The notes under the pieces were generated by a model, which saw only the letters and a list, made by a program, of their open reading frames with translations, did not search any database and was not told the origin of the DNA. DNA of 62,478 nt, counting the filler, from Rhabdomonas costata (lineage: Eukaryota), in NCBI GenBank assembly GCA_019059605.1. It is 35 parts of 35 records of this genome, joined end to end, with 100 filler letters (N's around TTAATTAATTAA, not from the genome) between each part and the next. Parts side by side here need not be neighbours in the genome. Positions count along the whole stretch, not along the records: positions 37,558 to 39,245 come from JAHMHO010010647.1; positions 39,346 to 41,033 come from JAHMHO010010648.1; positions 41,134 to 42,821 come from JAHMHO010010649.1; positions 42,922 to 44,609 come from JAHMHO010010650.1; positions 44,710 to 46,396 come from JAHMHO010010651.1; positions 46,497 to 48,185 come from JAHMHO010010652.1; positions 48,286 to 49,973 come from JAHMHO010010653.1; positions 50,074 to 51,761 come from JAHMHO010010654.1; 27 more parts are not named here. The stretch is one strand, 5' to 3'. Both the position numbers and the translations under genes were made by a program. Shown in pieces: positions 39,226-51,473 of this stretch. The stretch's first letter is position 1. Each line of letters begins with the position of its first letter.

Positions 39226-40126
39226 GTGCAACTCAACCCCAACCCNNNNNNNNNNNNNNNNNNNNNNNNNNNNNNNNNNNNNNNNNNNNTTAATTAATTA
39301 ANNNNNNNNNNNNNNNNNNNNNNNNNNNNNNNNNNNNNNNNNNNNTTTGTTTTTGGAGAAATCTCGAAAGAGACACCGACAGATCGAGCACATCGAAAGG
39401 AATCGATCCCTCAACTAGTTTGGGAAACAAGTTTTCGAAAGGAAAGAAAACTCGTTAGAATCAAGATTTCTCCAAAAAAAAAACAGTTTGGCGCGAGAAG
39501 CAAATTTGCCGATGCTCCCTTTGTTTCTGAGCGAATTGAGCGGTGGCAACCTTGAGTGAGGAAGTGGAGGGAACGTAGTTGCCGTGGAGACAATTGGGGT
39601 TAACGACAATAAGGACTTGAGCGAGTAGCGAGTAGCGTAACGACCTGAAAATGTCGCAGAAAGGATAGCCCAAGTAGGCCATCCTAGCTCTGTTGGGGTA
39701 ACTCCATTACACCTGCGGAAACCTCGACCTTGCGCGGTGGGGAAGCGTACAGCCACAAAAACTTCCACGATGACTGACTGAACGTTACCACTTACTTGCG
39801 CTCGAATTGTAGCAAATTAACCGACACTGGACTGGTGCCGGGGAATCCGAACACTACGACATAGGGAGGTGTGGGTAATCAGACAACAGCAGCCCATGTG
39901 AAAAACTATGAAGGCGGCACGGCAAATACTGAGCATCAAAAGTTCACATCGGCTCACATCAGTCTGGACAAGATATCACTCTGGACTTACACTTTGGGCG
40001 AAGACGTATCCTTCGGACTAGAACACCTTTACACTCACCAAGACAGAAGAGAATGTGGAACGGAAATGGGAAGAGAGACGACACGAAAACAGCGGTCTCC
40101 TTTCTCCGTCTCACCTGGACCTCAAC

Positions 40127-40876
40127 TTATCGCACTTCATCAACCCCAGACTTAATCTTCCGCTGGAGCAGAAGAAGCGCGTAGACCAGGGCTTCCGCAG
40201 TGGGAGGGCATCCAGGAACGTAGATATCGCAGGGCACAACGCGGTTGGTGCCACGAAGGACGGCATAGCTGAAGTGGTAGTATCCTCCCCCATTGGCACA
40301 GCTTCCCATGCTAATGACGTACCTCGGAGGAGCGGTCTGTTCCCACAGTCGGCGAATGAGCGGGGCCATCTTGTGGGTGACCGTGCCGGAAACAATGATG
40401 AGGTCTGCTTGGCGGGGAGTAGCTTTAGGGATGATCCCGAAACGATCCAAGTCGTACCTGTGATGAAGAAGCGAATCCCCATCTGCAATGCAAGGGACCA
40501 GATTTCAAACAAAATAAAAGCGAAACACGGCTTGTACCTTGAAGCGTACGCTTGCATCATTTCCACGGCACAGCACGCTGTACCGAACGTAAGAGGCCAG
40601 AGGGAGTACGCGGCCCCATCGGAGGAGGCTGTTCACGCTGGTCGCCACGAAGCTGCCCAAGACGTCTCCAGGCTTCATGGTGAGCTGTCCAGGGGTGAGC
40701 TGTTCAGTCCCCAGGACGGACATATCTTCGCCAAACTGCTGCTGAACTGACTTGTCAAATGGACGTCCAGAAAACCCAGGGGCGGGAAAAGCGTCAAATT
40801 TTCCCGAATTCTGCCCTGTAGCGAATAGAGCAGCCCCCTGCCGAAGCAGGGAGGGTTTCATGGACAAACGCATCAT
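40127..40876 (-). CDS. NDUFS7: Mitochondrial complex I subunit NDUFS7/PSST (NuoB); one intron; frameshifted as assembled
   Basis: Exon 1 40876-40538 and exon 2 40457-40127 (80-nt GT-AG intron). Basic presequence [14 protein letters not shown]; motifs [50 protein letters not shown] and [14 protein letters not shown]. The frame breaks at about 40610. Confidence 0.95.
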
Positions 40877-42929
40877 AGAATAGTGAGTATCTTCAAGCTC
40901 AAATGTAGTGTGACAAAAATCTGCAAAAGAAGACAAGGTTCGTAATGTTTTGAAAAAATTGCGAATCACACCATCCTCGCACGAATTAGAAGCAACGCCG
41001 ATCCTCCTCCAGCAGCAGGGGATCCAAAACCACNNNNNNNNNNNNNNNNNNNNNNNNNNNNNNNNNNNNNNNNNNNNTTAATTAATTAANNNNNNNNNNN
41101 NNNNNNNNNNNNNNNNNNNNNNNNNNNNNNNNNGGGGTGGGGGAAGGTGACCTTGGCCGGGGGGCTGCTGTGGCTGAGGTCGCCCGAAATATCCAGAAAA
41201 AAGCGAAGGGTATGCACAAAAGACCAGCCGTGTCTGTGAGCTGACGCCCTGTTTACTGAACCCGAATTTCTTGCCGACGTGCGTCTCGGAGCCGGGTTAC
41301 TGCCAGGTAAGGAACCGGCAAAGGTCGCATACTGAGCACGATAGTTACAGAGAGCAACCATCTCTGCAACTACATGCAATTCTCGCTGTTAAAATTATTT
41401 CCACGGAAAGGACCAGAAGACCCAGGTCAAATTCCCAACAAAAACACACAGACGTCTGTCTTCCATCACAAGGAAGTAGGTCTGGTTACATGAATGCGGC
41501 ACCTTCAATTGAAGAAGCAGTTTGCAAAGATAAGCCGCAGAAGGTTGTGAGACGCACGACAGATTCAGAAGCTCCAACACAGTACATCCAATCTCAACCT
41601 CCAAAGAAGAACATGCAATTGCAACTTCCGTGCCCCGGAACTCAAGTTACTGTCATGCACCCCGCTACACACAGAAACACGCAACGTAAGAATACAAACC
41701 AGCACGAAATTTCCTTCCCCAGAGAGTTCGCGAAGGCTCCCTCGTGGATGCCTTCCACCAGCGTGCCGCTCGCGATGAACCGCACACGGGGAGTAGCCGC
41801 GGAGGACTGATGGGTCAGCTTGTTGCCGGAGGACCTGGACAGCAATCTGGAGGAAGGCTTGAGGATACCGCGCACAGAGGAGGGGCTGCTGCTGCTTCTG
41901 CTGCTGCTGAAGCAGCCAGCGGCGGGCAGTGGAGGGAGCGTGGTCCTGTCCTGGAGGAGCCCCACCAGCAAACAAACAACCAATCAACCAACGAAAAAGG
42001 TGTGAGGGGCGGACGGAGCGTCCTGCAGCCACAAGGGTAGGAAGCCAGTGTTACTAACAGACCGCATCACACAAAAAGCGGAAGAGCCAGCCAAAGCAAG
42101 CCAAGTTCTCAAGGATACACGCAACTATTCACTGCGTACCGACGCTGAGGTGCTATGGGTGCCCATTGATCATGGTTTTTGAATAAACGGAAGATACCTC
42201 ATAGAACCCTTACCACTGGGTGCACGGAGAAACACACGCGCGCCGTAATCTTCTCGTTTTTTATGGAATACAATCAAAACGCAAATACACACCCACGCCA
42301 CCCACCCACCCACACGCACAAACCCAGGTTAGAAATCGGTTGAGCGAGAGCGGGTTGGACACCCTCCGAATTCGGGGCGTCGAGGCGACGGCAGAGGCCG
42401 TCGGGAAGTCGAACCACAGCACCACCGGGCTGAGCCCGGCGCAGGCCCTGTCCTCGCCCACTTTGCACAGCGTGGGGGAGGCCAGATTCCCCAGTACAGG
42501 GGCCTGAGTGGGAACTAGACGACCCAATGAGACCGGAACGTCGTGGATGTCCGCCAGCAGCTGAGCCTCGGTATGGAGCTTCGCCTGCAGGTGGTGCATG
42601 GCCATCTCCTCCAGCACGTCCGCAATTCTCTCGCCCTGGTTGGAGGTGACAATCCAGCTGGACGAAGGCCCCTTCGCCCCAGAAAAAGTGGCGAACGGCG
42701 TTTCCTCAAAAAAGCTTCCAAGTCTTACCAGCTCAGCGTTTTTCAAAAAGCAAGAAGAAGAGAAAGAAAAGAAAAAAGAAGCACAACTCAGCATGCCCCA
42801 TGTGAGTGGTGACAAAACAACNNNNNNNNNNNNNNNNNNNNNNNNNNNNNNNNNNNNNNNNNNNNTTAATTAATTAANNNNNNNNNNNNNNNNNNNNNNN
42901 NNNNNNNNNNNNNNNNNNNNNTGTTGTTG

Positions 42930-44371
42930 TTCTTCCGCAGGCCCTCCACCATCTTCGGCAGCTCGGAGGGCTGCAGGGGCTCCACCGCGATTTTCACCAC
43001 AGAGAGCGTGCTGAAGCTCAGCGGGCGGAAGATGCTGCACCCCTCCACGTTGACCCCAACCTGTGGGAGGACACACACAGAGAGAGAGCGCCACGTGTGC
43101 CACGTGCCAAGGCAGTGCTGCAGGGTGTAGTGTTGCCGGCTTTTCCGGAACAGCTTGATGAACAGCTGGATGTTCGCTTGGTGCCTTAGCACAGGGGAAG
43201 AAGAAGTTCAGCTGTTGTTGCCAAGAGGGGAAGACAGGGGAGGGGCGCAACTAAGACAGGGACACACCGCGGGCTAGTTTCATGCGTTTTCATCTACAAG
43301 CCACATATTTCCTTGATCACAGCAATGGCAAGGAGGGCAGGATGCAGGCTCCTGTACACTGCCTGAGCTGGGACTGCCAAGGAGGGGGGGGGGTGCAAGA
43401 AGGGTTAATCCTGAACAATGAAGGCAAAACTCACGGCAGCACAGCACGAAAAAAACACCGCAAAATACGCAAAAACAAACCAAACAGGCCGACTTGGGGA
43501 GGAACCGAAGAGGCAGGGAGCAATAGAACTAAAAAAGAGAAATATGAAAAAGAAGTCTACTGAGCTACCAAGAGTAATTATGGATGTGTGTATTTGGAAA
43601 GGCGGCTGGGACAGGCACCACGGTGGCGGTCTTCAGGATGGGCTGCTCAATGCCCTCGATCAGCACCCAGTTCCCAGCCACGGCCTGACGCAGCGGCAGC
43701 TTGTCGCGGCCCAGCGGAATGAACAGCCCGCTGACGTCCTTCACGCACATGTCCTCCTCGTCGTCTGTGGTGTAGGCCTCGCCCAGGACTTTCACCTTGG
43801 AGTCGCTGCGGATGGTGCCGCTCATCACGCGGCCCCACGCCAGGAAGGAGGAGGCGTCTGGGGTGTGGAACAGCTTCGTCACGTGGACCTGCGCGGCAAA
43901 GCCCACACTCTGCTTAGCCCCCCCCCCTACCACATCAATTAAACTTACAGTACCAGAGGGTATATAGGGAAAAAAAGCACCCAGAAAGGAAAAACCGCTC
44001 CAACTGAAACCAAAATATGTTCGCCTTTTTTTGAAATGTTTTTGAAAGATAGCACGCACGACAGGGAAGGGGCGCAACCAATGCAAACACCCCAGAAAAT
44101 CTTGCGAGGAAGCGTTCCGAGGGAGTTCTGACCTTGGCCAGTGAGGCTGGGTAGTGAGCATTCGTCCGATGTTTACGGTGTATTTCCCGCATTTTCAGAC
44201 GACAAGTGCTAACCGCGAAACGTTTGGCCCAATTTCGGCCATCCCCCACAAACAGAATTGGGCGGGGGGCGCCACAGCTCTCCCGCGAACCACAAGAGGG
44301 GTGTCCCTCTGGCACTCGATCATGTCCTCGACGATCCTGTCCTCCATGCTACCCGTGTACAGGTGTCTCAC
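42930..44371 (-). CDS. EFTUD2: U5 snRNP 116-kDa GTPase Snu114/EFTUD2, internal exons
   Basis: Exons 44371-44291, 43888-~43613 and 43060-contig end: VRHLYTG...PLV/VHVTKLF...[12 protein letters not shown]...[16 protein letters not shown]...[20 protein letters not shown]/...[46 protein letters not shown] and PSELPKM distinguish it from eEF2. Confidence 0.95.
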
Positions 44372-44713
44372 CTGCGCGCCAGCCCAAAGTTCAGAGCTCT
44401 CCAGAAAGGAAAAGTGAACGACATAGCATCAAGCAGAAAGACCCGCAGTCGGGACCGTTAACCCGAGATTGCTGGCCAATTTATCCCGCGTTCTTAATGG
44501 GCTTCCCTCCTCGACCTTGCCGGAACTTTTCGATTAGCTTAGGGAATGCGGTCCCCGTCCTCTGCTCTTGAGCATAAAGCTACATGAAAAAAAGATTACC
44601 CCACAAACCNNNNNNNNNNNNNNNNNNNNNNNNNNNNNNNNNNNNNNNNNNNNTTAATTAATTAANNNNNNNNNNNNNNNNNNNNNNNNNNNNNNNNNNN
44701 NNNNNNNNNGGGG

Positions 44714-44811
44714 TTTGTTTACGTAATTATGCCACATGTTTCACACAGTCAGGAACCAAGAGTGAACTTCCTTTGTGCCCGTTAAACTTTTGGCATAATT
44801 ACGTAAACAAA
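44714..44811. repeat. Foldback inverted repeat at contig start (21-bp perfect arms)
   Basis: 44714-44734 tttgtttacgtaattatgcca versus 44791-44811 tggcataattacgtaaacaaa. Confidence 0.9.
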
Positions 44812-44885
44812 ACGCAAACAAGCACAGATGTCCCTGTGAAAAATATACACTATTTGCGACAGCCTCCCCAACCTGCGTCATGCAC

Positions 44886-46137
44886 CTGAACATCAAGCGC
44901 CACGGGGCCGTAGCTGTGCAGCAGGCGATCTGTGGAGCTCTCATGGGATAATGACTGGTTCTCCCACTGCGCGCACTGCGCAGCGGGAACAGTAACCTTC
45001 AAAAGGCCGTCGCACGAGCTCGGGTGGTAGCATAGGTGAGCCTCGGCAGAGGGCAGCGGGGATGCCGAGGCGCAGCGCGCTTCGTGAGACAACGTTGAGG
45101 AGGCGTTTGCGAGGCGACTTGCAGCCAGCCTGCCGCAAAGAATGAACATGATGACGTACCCGTCCCTTTCATTCGCGTTTAATGTTTTTCGGAGGTCAAG
45201 AAAGGAACCAGAATCTGGCCACTGCTCACCTATTGCATTTCAGCTGATCGTGGACAGTGGACAGGTACTTTGCTTGCAGGGAGAGCCCCGAGAGCTGCTT
45301 CGAGGCTAGCTCCAGCGACAAGTTCGCCACAGAACCCTCATCCAACAGCCCAGGTGAGGCCTGTGAAGACGGTCACGGTTGCCCACTGGAAACCGAGTGT
45401 CCCACAACGTGCACCACAAAAGAAAACGCAAAAAAAACTCGCAACCAAGCAGAGTCAGTGAATAAGCAAGCTGCTTTTTCGGGGGAATTTTTGCTGTTTC
45501 AAATTCCCTCCGAAAAGGCAAAAACTGAAAAAAAAAATCGTTCCCACTACAAAATTCGGGCAAAAAATAATATATACAAAATAGCAAAATTGCGCAAAAA
45601 AAAATATTCCTTTTCTGCTCGGTCCACCCAAAAAAAAAAGAAAAGCGAGAGAAGAAGAAGAAGAAGAAGAAGCAAAAATATATGTAAAATAATAATAAAA
45701 ATATATATAGATTTGCATTTTGCGCCCCCCCATTAAGGGACCCTAGGTAGGGGGAGACCTTCATCTAATATTTCCCGGACGAGGATGTGCGCTTCAAGAA
45801 AGAACACTTACTGCGCATGTACCTTTTCTTGTGCACGCAGCAGGGCATCCCCCTCAGAAATAAGCGTCTGCAACTGCGAAGCAAGGCGTTTCAGCTGTTG
45901 TGCAAAGGAAAGTTTTTGTTCAGCGGACTCGTTCGGATGACTGGGCGACTGCGACTGAGGCTGCGGCTGAGGCTCCAGCTGCAGCTTCAACTGCGGCTGG
46001 GCATCACAAGTGGTCTGTCCCGGCCTTGTTCCATCCCCGGGTTCCACCATGGACGACCACGAGATCCGGGCAACCGAGAGCGCGGATAAAACAGCCAAAA
46101 TGAGAACCAGACGACACACCCCACTCCATCCTCGCAT
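44886..46137 (-). CDS. Type II membrane or secreted protein, 5' exons (signal anchor, Gln/Pro stem, Cys-containing domain)
   Basis: ATG 46137: MRGWSGVCRLVLILAVLSALSVARISW...QPQLKLQLEPQPQPQ...LLRAQEK|gt (45823); ASPGLLDEGSVANLSLELASKQLSGLSLQAK; LAASRL...HLCYHPSSCDGLLKV...YGPVALDVQ|gt (44886). Phases are compatible. Confidence 0.6.
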
Positions 46138-46580
46138 CTTGGTCAAACATCTAAATCACTTGCGGCACGAAGAGAGTGCCAACTGTAGAGCATACACAAG
46201 ACATCGCACAACCACAAGAAACAGCAAAACCTTCCCCATCCGAATCTGCTTTGTTGGCACCATTTAGGAAGCCACACTTGCAAACATCAAAATTATCCAT
46301 GACTCCAGTTGTCAGAGCACAAGTGTTTTGCAGCAGAGCTTGCTTCAACTCTTTTGGTACTTGCTTCAACTCTTTTGAGACGCTTTCTTCTTTGCANNNN
46401 NNNNNNNNNNNNNNNNNNNNNNNNNNNNNNNNNNNNNNNNTTAATTAATTAANNNNNNNNNNNNNNNNNNNNNNNNNNNNNNNNNNNNNNNNNNNNTTTT
46501 CTCATAATAATTTTATCTGTACTCATTTTTTATTTTTCTAATTCGGATACCACACGGGTGATCGTCTTGGCGTTGGTCAG

Positions 46581-48040
46581 GTCTTTGAAGGGATTGATCT
46601 CCTGGTGTCACTGGTTCGGCCCCGCCGGCTTCTGATGCTCTCCATGGATGGGGTTACTCCACCTGTAAAAATGAACCAGAAGCGCGGCAGAAGGTTTCGC
46701 AGTGCGCGAGACCGCCGCTTCTTTCAGGTTCCTGCAATGCAGCCTTCTTTCTGCCTCTCAACCATTCATGTGACCTGCCAAATCTCTCCTTGTAGTCTGT
46801 GCCCATTAAAGTTTTCGTGCATTTTGAGGGATAATGTGTCACCAATGCACTGACGTTGCGCCTCTAGCTATTTTTCGGCACAAGTTTTATCGTCTCAATA
46901 AGTTCAGTCATTTAAGGAGGATGTACAAAATTTACAAAACTGAAAATCTTTGATACATGTCTTTCCATCCTTAATCAACCGTTTGCTATTTCTTTGTACT
47001 AATATCTTCTACGCCGACCATCACTATTCCACTTTGGCACACATAAGGCGCTCTAATGTTGTCGTCAGTCACCAGAAATTTTCTCCGCACGGCGCTGAAT
47101 GCATCTGGATATAACCTGATCAAATTCCATCTGAGCTCTGCTACCCGAGGCTGGGCTGACACACCCTCCCCCAGGTCCAGCAGCGTGGGACCACAATGTC
47201 ATCACCCCAGGCTCAGAGATAATAGAGAAATTGATGGAAAGGCTGCTGTTGTACATCCACAAAAGAGTCACCGAAGATGTACTAACTACCATTCGCCGCA
47301 GTGACTTTGCTTGTTCCTGGAATTCACCGGAGTCTGGGTTTGCTCCCGGCTACTTGCCTTTTCGGGCATTAGGTTTGCTGTTGTGTGGCTCTGAACGCTT
47401 TGACGTTGGTTTTATGTTTCGGTGCATTGCCGTTTGACAGTACCTTTTTTGTGTACATTTTACTTTTGTCGGATTGCTGCAGCCGGCGTATTTCCGTCCT
47501 GGCTTGCAGCATGGTTTTTCATTTTGCATTTTCTGTTGTTGCACATAACAGAGGCAACCAATGCTATTTTCTTTGCTTTCATCGCGCTTTCCTCGCTTTT
47601 CTCTTTTATGCTGGTGTTCTCTGAACTCGCAAATCATCTCTTAGTCTGAATGGGTACTATGGATTCCCAGGCCTACTGGCGGGATTAACTGAGATCCTGT
47701 CCGGCTTGGAAGTCCCCGGAGAAGGCGAGCACAAGATTATGGAGTTCTTCCGTCAGCAAAGGCTGCACCCAGCCTACTGTGCCGACACCTCCCACTTCCT
47801 ATGTGGGTTTTACGAATTTTTAATTTTGCTGGTGCCTCCACCTCCCTCGCTTTCAAGGCTGTGTTTGGCCTGTACACAGTACCTTGTGGACGAGCTTCAA
47901 GAGTGGTTTCTGATTGACTTCGACAATTGCGGCTTCTGTGGCTGGAACAAAAAATGCTTTCCACTCAAATGAAATAGGCACTGGCAACACATGAGCCTCG
48001 GTTTACGATTATTCGGGACCACGTGGAGCTGGAGACTTGT
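46581..48040 (+). pseudogene. XRN: Degenerate XRN1/XRN2-family 5'-3' exoribonuclease fragment
   Basis: Exons 46581-46727 ([38 protein letters not shown]), 47150-47278 (WDHNVITPGSEII), 47671-47806 (ILSGLEVPGEGEHKIMEFFRQQR) and 47978 onward (ALATHEPRFTIIRD). Invariant motifs are altered, there is an apparent 1-nt frameshift near 47680, and no DADL motif is visible. Confidence 0.75.
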
Positions 48041-50333
48041 ACATCACCTGCCAAGCATTGATATGGCCCGTTTCATCTCAAAAGTGAGAGTTTCCCACAC
48101 AAACATCAAACTGTCAGAACTCCGAGGAAAGATGCACACCAAAATGAATAGTTTCCTTCAGTTGCCTTAAAGCGACCACCGTCAGNNNNNNNNNNNNNNN
48201 NNNNNNNNNNNNNNNNNNNNNNNNNNNNNTTAATTAATTAANNNNNNNNNNNNNNNNNNNNNNNNNNNNNNNNNNNNNNNNNNNNTGTGGGGGGGAGATG
48301 TTCTCCGAAATGAAATAAGAAATTTCTCGTGGAACTACTCTGATCTGTGCTCGGGGTAGGGCTCGCACCTGGGGGTCCGCACGCCCTTCCTGGCCGTCAT
48401 TGCGCCGTACGCTCAACGGGCACTGCAGCAGCGGTGGGTGGGGTGCCCACTGTCCCTCTCTCCGGACCCCGCTTCTTCCCCGGCGAGTGCCCTGGAAGGC
48501 ATGGCTCTCCCTTGAAGGCGACCAGAGCCCCCCAAATTCTCTCCGCCGAACTGACCTCTTGCCTCGCCTTCACCAAACCTTGTGGGTTTTTTTCTGGTGG
48601 CGCATCTCATCTTCCCTCCACTATCGCAGTTAAATCCAAACTCCATATTTTGTCAATTACGTCATTCCGATGATCTACTTTGCTCGAACAAGAGCATGAT
48701 TTGAACAAGAGTTAAGATTTTCCCCAACCTACCTAATGGGTTGCCTTCTTGATGTCTTCTGGTCTTGTATGGTATGGCTCTTCCGCCGCACTTGATATCC
48801 TGCTCAGTGGTGGTTTGAACTGATTTTAAGGATGTTCACAACCCGATCTTCAGTATATTTTTGGGCCCCAGGATCCAGTGATTGGAGGCGCTTTTCCAAG
48901 GTTTCCAAGGTTATTGGGCACTCAACTTCCGAAAGCTCTCATTATGAAATGGTCTCACCGCTGGTCCCACTTTCCACCTAACCTCAGCTCAAGCTCGCGA
49001 GCTCCTCTGCTCTCTGCTTGCTCGAGGCGAGCTTCACGGGGGGTGCCAGCTGTGCGTATACTGGGAGGACCGCAAGGTGGTGGATCTAGCGGTAGGCTGC
49101 CGCGGATCCGTTGACCCCCGGCCGCTGCGCCCGGAGTGTCTGCTTCCCGGGCTGCACCTCACCCAGGTCCTGCTGGCCACGGTGCTGCATGTTCTCGTGC
49201 AAAACGGGGAGATGGGCTATGACACCAGGTCTTGCCCCCACCCCCACCCCTCCGAAAAGAAAAAAAGAAGTCTGATTGTTGATCACAGTACTTTCGGTTG
49301 CTTGCTGAGGCCTGGGTTTCGGAAATTTAGAGTTTGCCTTGGCAGGTTCACTCGCTGCCTGTCACTGGCATCGTGTGAGGGGTTGGTCACTGCTCACCTC
49401 AGGACTGGCAAATGCTGTGTGTGTTTGTCTGTGCCGGGCAGGAAAGCGGGTCCAAGCACGGATTTGGAGAGGGATTGGGGTTGAGGGCCGAAGGGCAGCG
49501 TACAATTGGGGAAGGTTGGATTCCTATAAAGAGGTCTACAAATCCACCAGTCCACCAGTTGGGGTTCCCAATGCGCCGCGTTAACTGTGGATCGGGAGTC
49601 ACAAGGGTCAAGTCAACCTTGCCTGACAAGAGAGAGGGACATGGCATTGTGGACCGTCAAGGATGTGAGACCATATGGACCCATACTCCACCGAAAGCTG
49701 GAGAGCCCACGGGGGAAGTGTATTTCGAATCCTTCACAGAAAATATTCACTCTTGCTAAGCCTATGTGTGTTTGTGTTTGTTTATGTGCAGGTAACCGCC
49801 AGCATTCGCTTTCATCTACCGGAGCTGTAGGCGCAGTACATTAGACGCCCCCCCCTACACACAGTTACGACTGGACCTTGTCGCAGCGGAGCAGCCCAAG
49901 ATATCCAGGACAAGAAGTTGTAACGTTCTGTTGGAATTCTAGGGTAGAGATGCTTCACCCTTGTACCCCACCTNNNNNNNNNNNNNNNNNNNNNNNNNNN
50001 NNNNNNNNNNNNNNNNNTTAATTAATTAANNNNNNNNNNNNNNNNNNNNNNNNNNNNNNNNNNNNNNNNNNNNGTGGTGTGGTGAAAATAAAGGGGGCGG
50101 TTCGTGGCCAGGTGGAGGATGCCAATGGTTTGGCAATGGTGGTGGGCTCGAGTTATGCCTCTGCAACCTCTCTGGTTCGGTTCTTTCTGATCCTCAACGC
50201 GTGTCCTCAACGTGTCCTCAACGCACGGCGCTGTGTTTTTGGGCCTTCGTGAAGAGCCACATTTCTTTGCTGAAACAAAACCACCACACTCTGGGCTTGG
50301 GGCATCTCTCTGATTCGTGTACATCTTTGTCAG

Positions 50334-51473
50334 GAAATGAATGGTTTCGATTACCGCGGGCACAAACTCCTGGTGCAGTCCGCAATCAGCGCCGGGGTGA
50401 CCTCGGACTCTCGGGTGGTGCTATTCGTCGGAAACCTACCCGTGGCCACCACGGAGCAGCAGTTGTGGGAACTCTTCGACGGCTACACCTCGCTGTGCTA
50501 CAGCTGGATCCACGTCCCCACACTGGACGCCCTGGTGGAGTTCCGCAAGCCCACCGCCGCTAAGAAGGCCTTGCAGGAGCTTTCCTCTGCAGAGTTCTTG
50601 GGCTCCACTCTGGTGCTGGAGCTGACGTCGGAGACCGTGGAGCAGAGCGAGGTCGACGAGGAGGAGGGCGGGGATAGCTCTTCATCAGACGGGAAGGCAG
50701 CGGGCGCCAAGAAGAGGAAGCGTAGGAAATCTAAGCAGAGCGCTAAGGAGAAGGCCACGGCGAAGCGCAGTCGGAAGGCAGGCGGAGCCGCGGCGGCGGT
50801 GAAGCCCAGGGCCAAACTCACGAGGTCTGGGAAGGTTCGAAAGGCCGCGACGGCAGACTCGTCGTCATCGTCCTCCTCTTCCTCTTCTTCTGACAGTGAC
50901 TCCGCTGATAATGATGACGATGACGGGGACAGCAGTTCGGAGACCTCGTCGTCCTCTGAGTCCGATTCCACGTCCGACGCCCCGTCCTCCCACGGCCGGA
51001 GGAAAGCTGGGAAGCCTACCCCCAAGCCGCCGACCCAGAAGCCCAAGACAGCGAATAAGGCTGTCCCTCTGAAGAAGCCCCGGCTGAAGGAAGTGGCTGC
51101 GGGTGCTCCAGGGGCCCAGTCTTCCTCAAAGTCAAAGTCTAATGTTAAGGCCAAGGCTGGCGCTGGGGCAAAGCCAACCTCCCCTAAGATGGGCTCCGAC
51201 GGACCTCGTGGTGGGTCGACTAAGCCTGGCTCAAAGCCTGCGGACACGGGCAAGACCGCCCACAACCACCGGCCCAAAAGTGGGGGACACAGCGAGGATA
51301 AGGGGGGCTTGGTGAGGCCCTCCACCTCGGGCACGGAGAAGATGGCGAAGGAGGTGCGAAACCCTACCAAGAAGCCTGCCTCACCCAGCGCTGGTGGGGC
51401 TCGCGACGCCGTTGCGGATGGAGAAACGGGGGCAAAGAACAGGCAGGAAGACAACGCGGGGAAGGCGACCTGA
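50334..51473 (+). CDS. RRM RNA-binding protein with a long Lys/Ser/Asp low-complexity tail, last exon
   Basis: cag|EMNGFDYRGHKLLVQ (end of one RRM), then VLFVGNLPVATTEQQLWELF...ALVEFRKPTAAKKALQELSSAEFLGSTLVLE. NLS-like KKRKRRK and a poly-S/D tract follow; stop at 51473. Confidence 0.88.
   Translation, partial: EMNGFDYRGHKLLVQSAISAGVTSDSRVVLFVGNLPVATTEQQLWELFDGYTSLCYSWIHVPTLDALVEFRKPTAAKKALQELSSAEFLGSTLVLELTSETVEQSEVDEEEGGDSSSSDGKAAGAKKRKRRKSKQSAKEKATAKRSRKAGGAAAAVKPRAKLTRSGKVRKAATADSSSSSSSSSSSDSDSADNDDDDGDSSSETSSSSESDSTSDAPSSHGRRKAGKPTPKPPTQKPKTANKAVPLKKPRLKEVAAGAPGAQSSSKSKSNVKAKAGAGAKPTSPKMGSDGPRGGSTKPGSKPADTGKTAHNHRPKSGGHSEDKGGLVRPSTSGTEKMAKEVRNPTKKPASPSAGGARDAVADGETGAKNRQEDNAGKAT

Noticed and set aside
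43095-43192. Coding-looking stretch ([16 protein letters not shown]) inside an EFTUD2 intron as an extra exon or nested gene
   Set aside because: The flanking exons join to give a normal Snu114 alignment, and the segment is too short to support a call.
30093-44371. Gene cluster linking hydA, CCDC146, NDUFS7 and EFTUD2
   Set aside because: Each sits on a separate size-sorted contig, so adjacency is artificial.
45651-45673. (GAA)n tract and surrounding A-rich ORFs (45257-45764)
   Set aside because: Intronic low-complexity sequence; the ORFs are compositional artefacts.
50498-51454. 318-aa antisense ORF overlapping the RRM gene
   Set aside because: Shadow ORF of a GC-rich low-complexity coding strand with no independent motifs.
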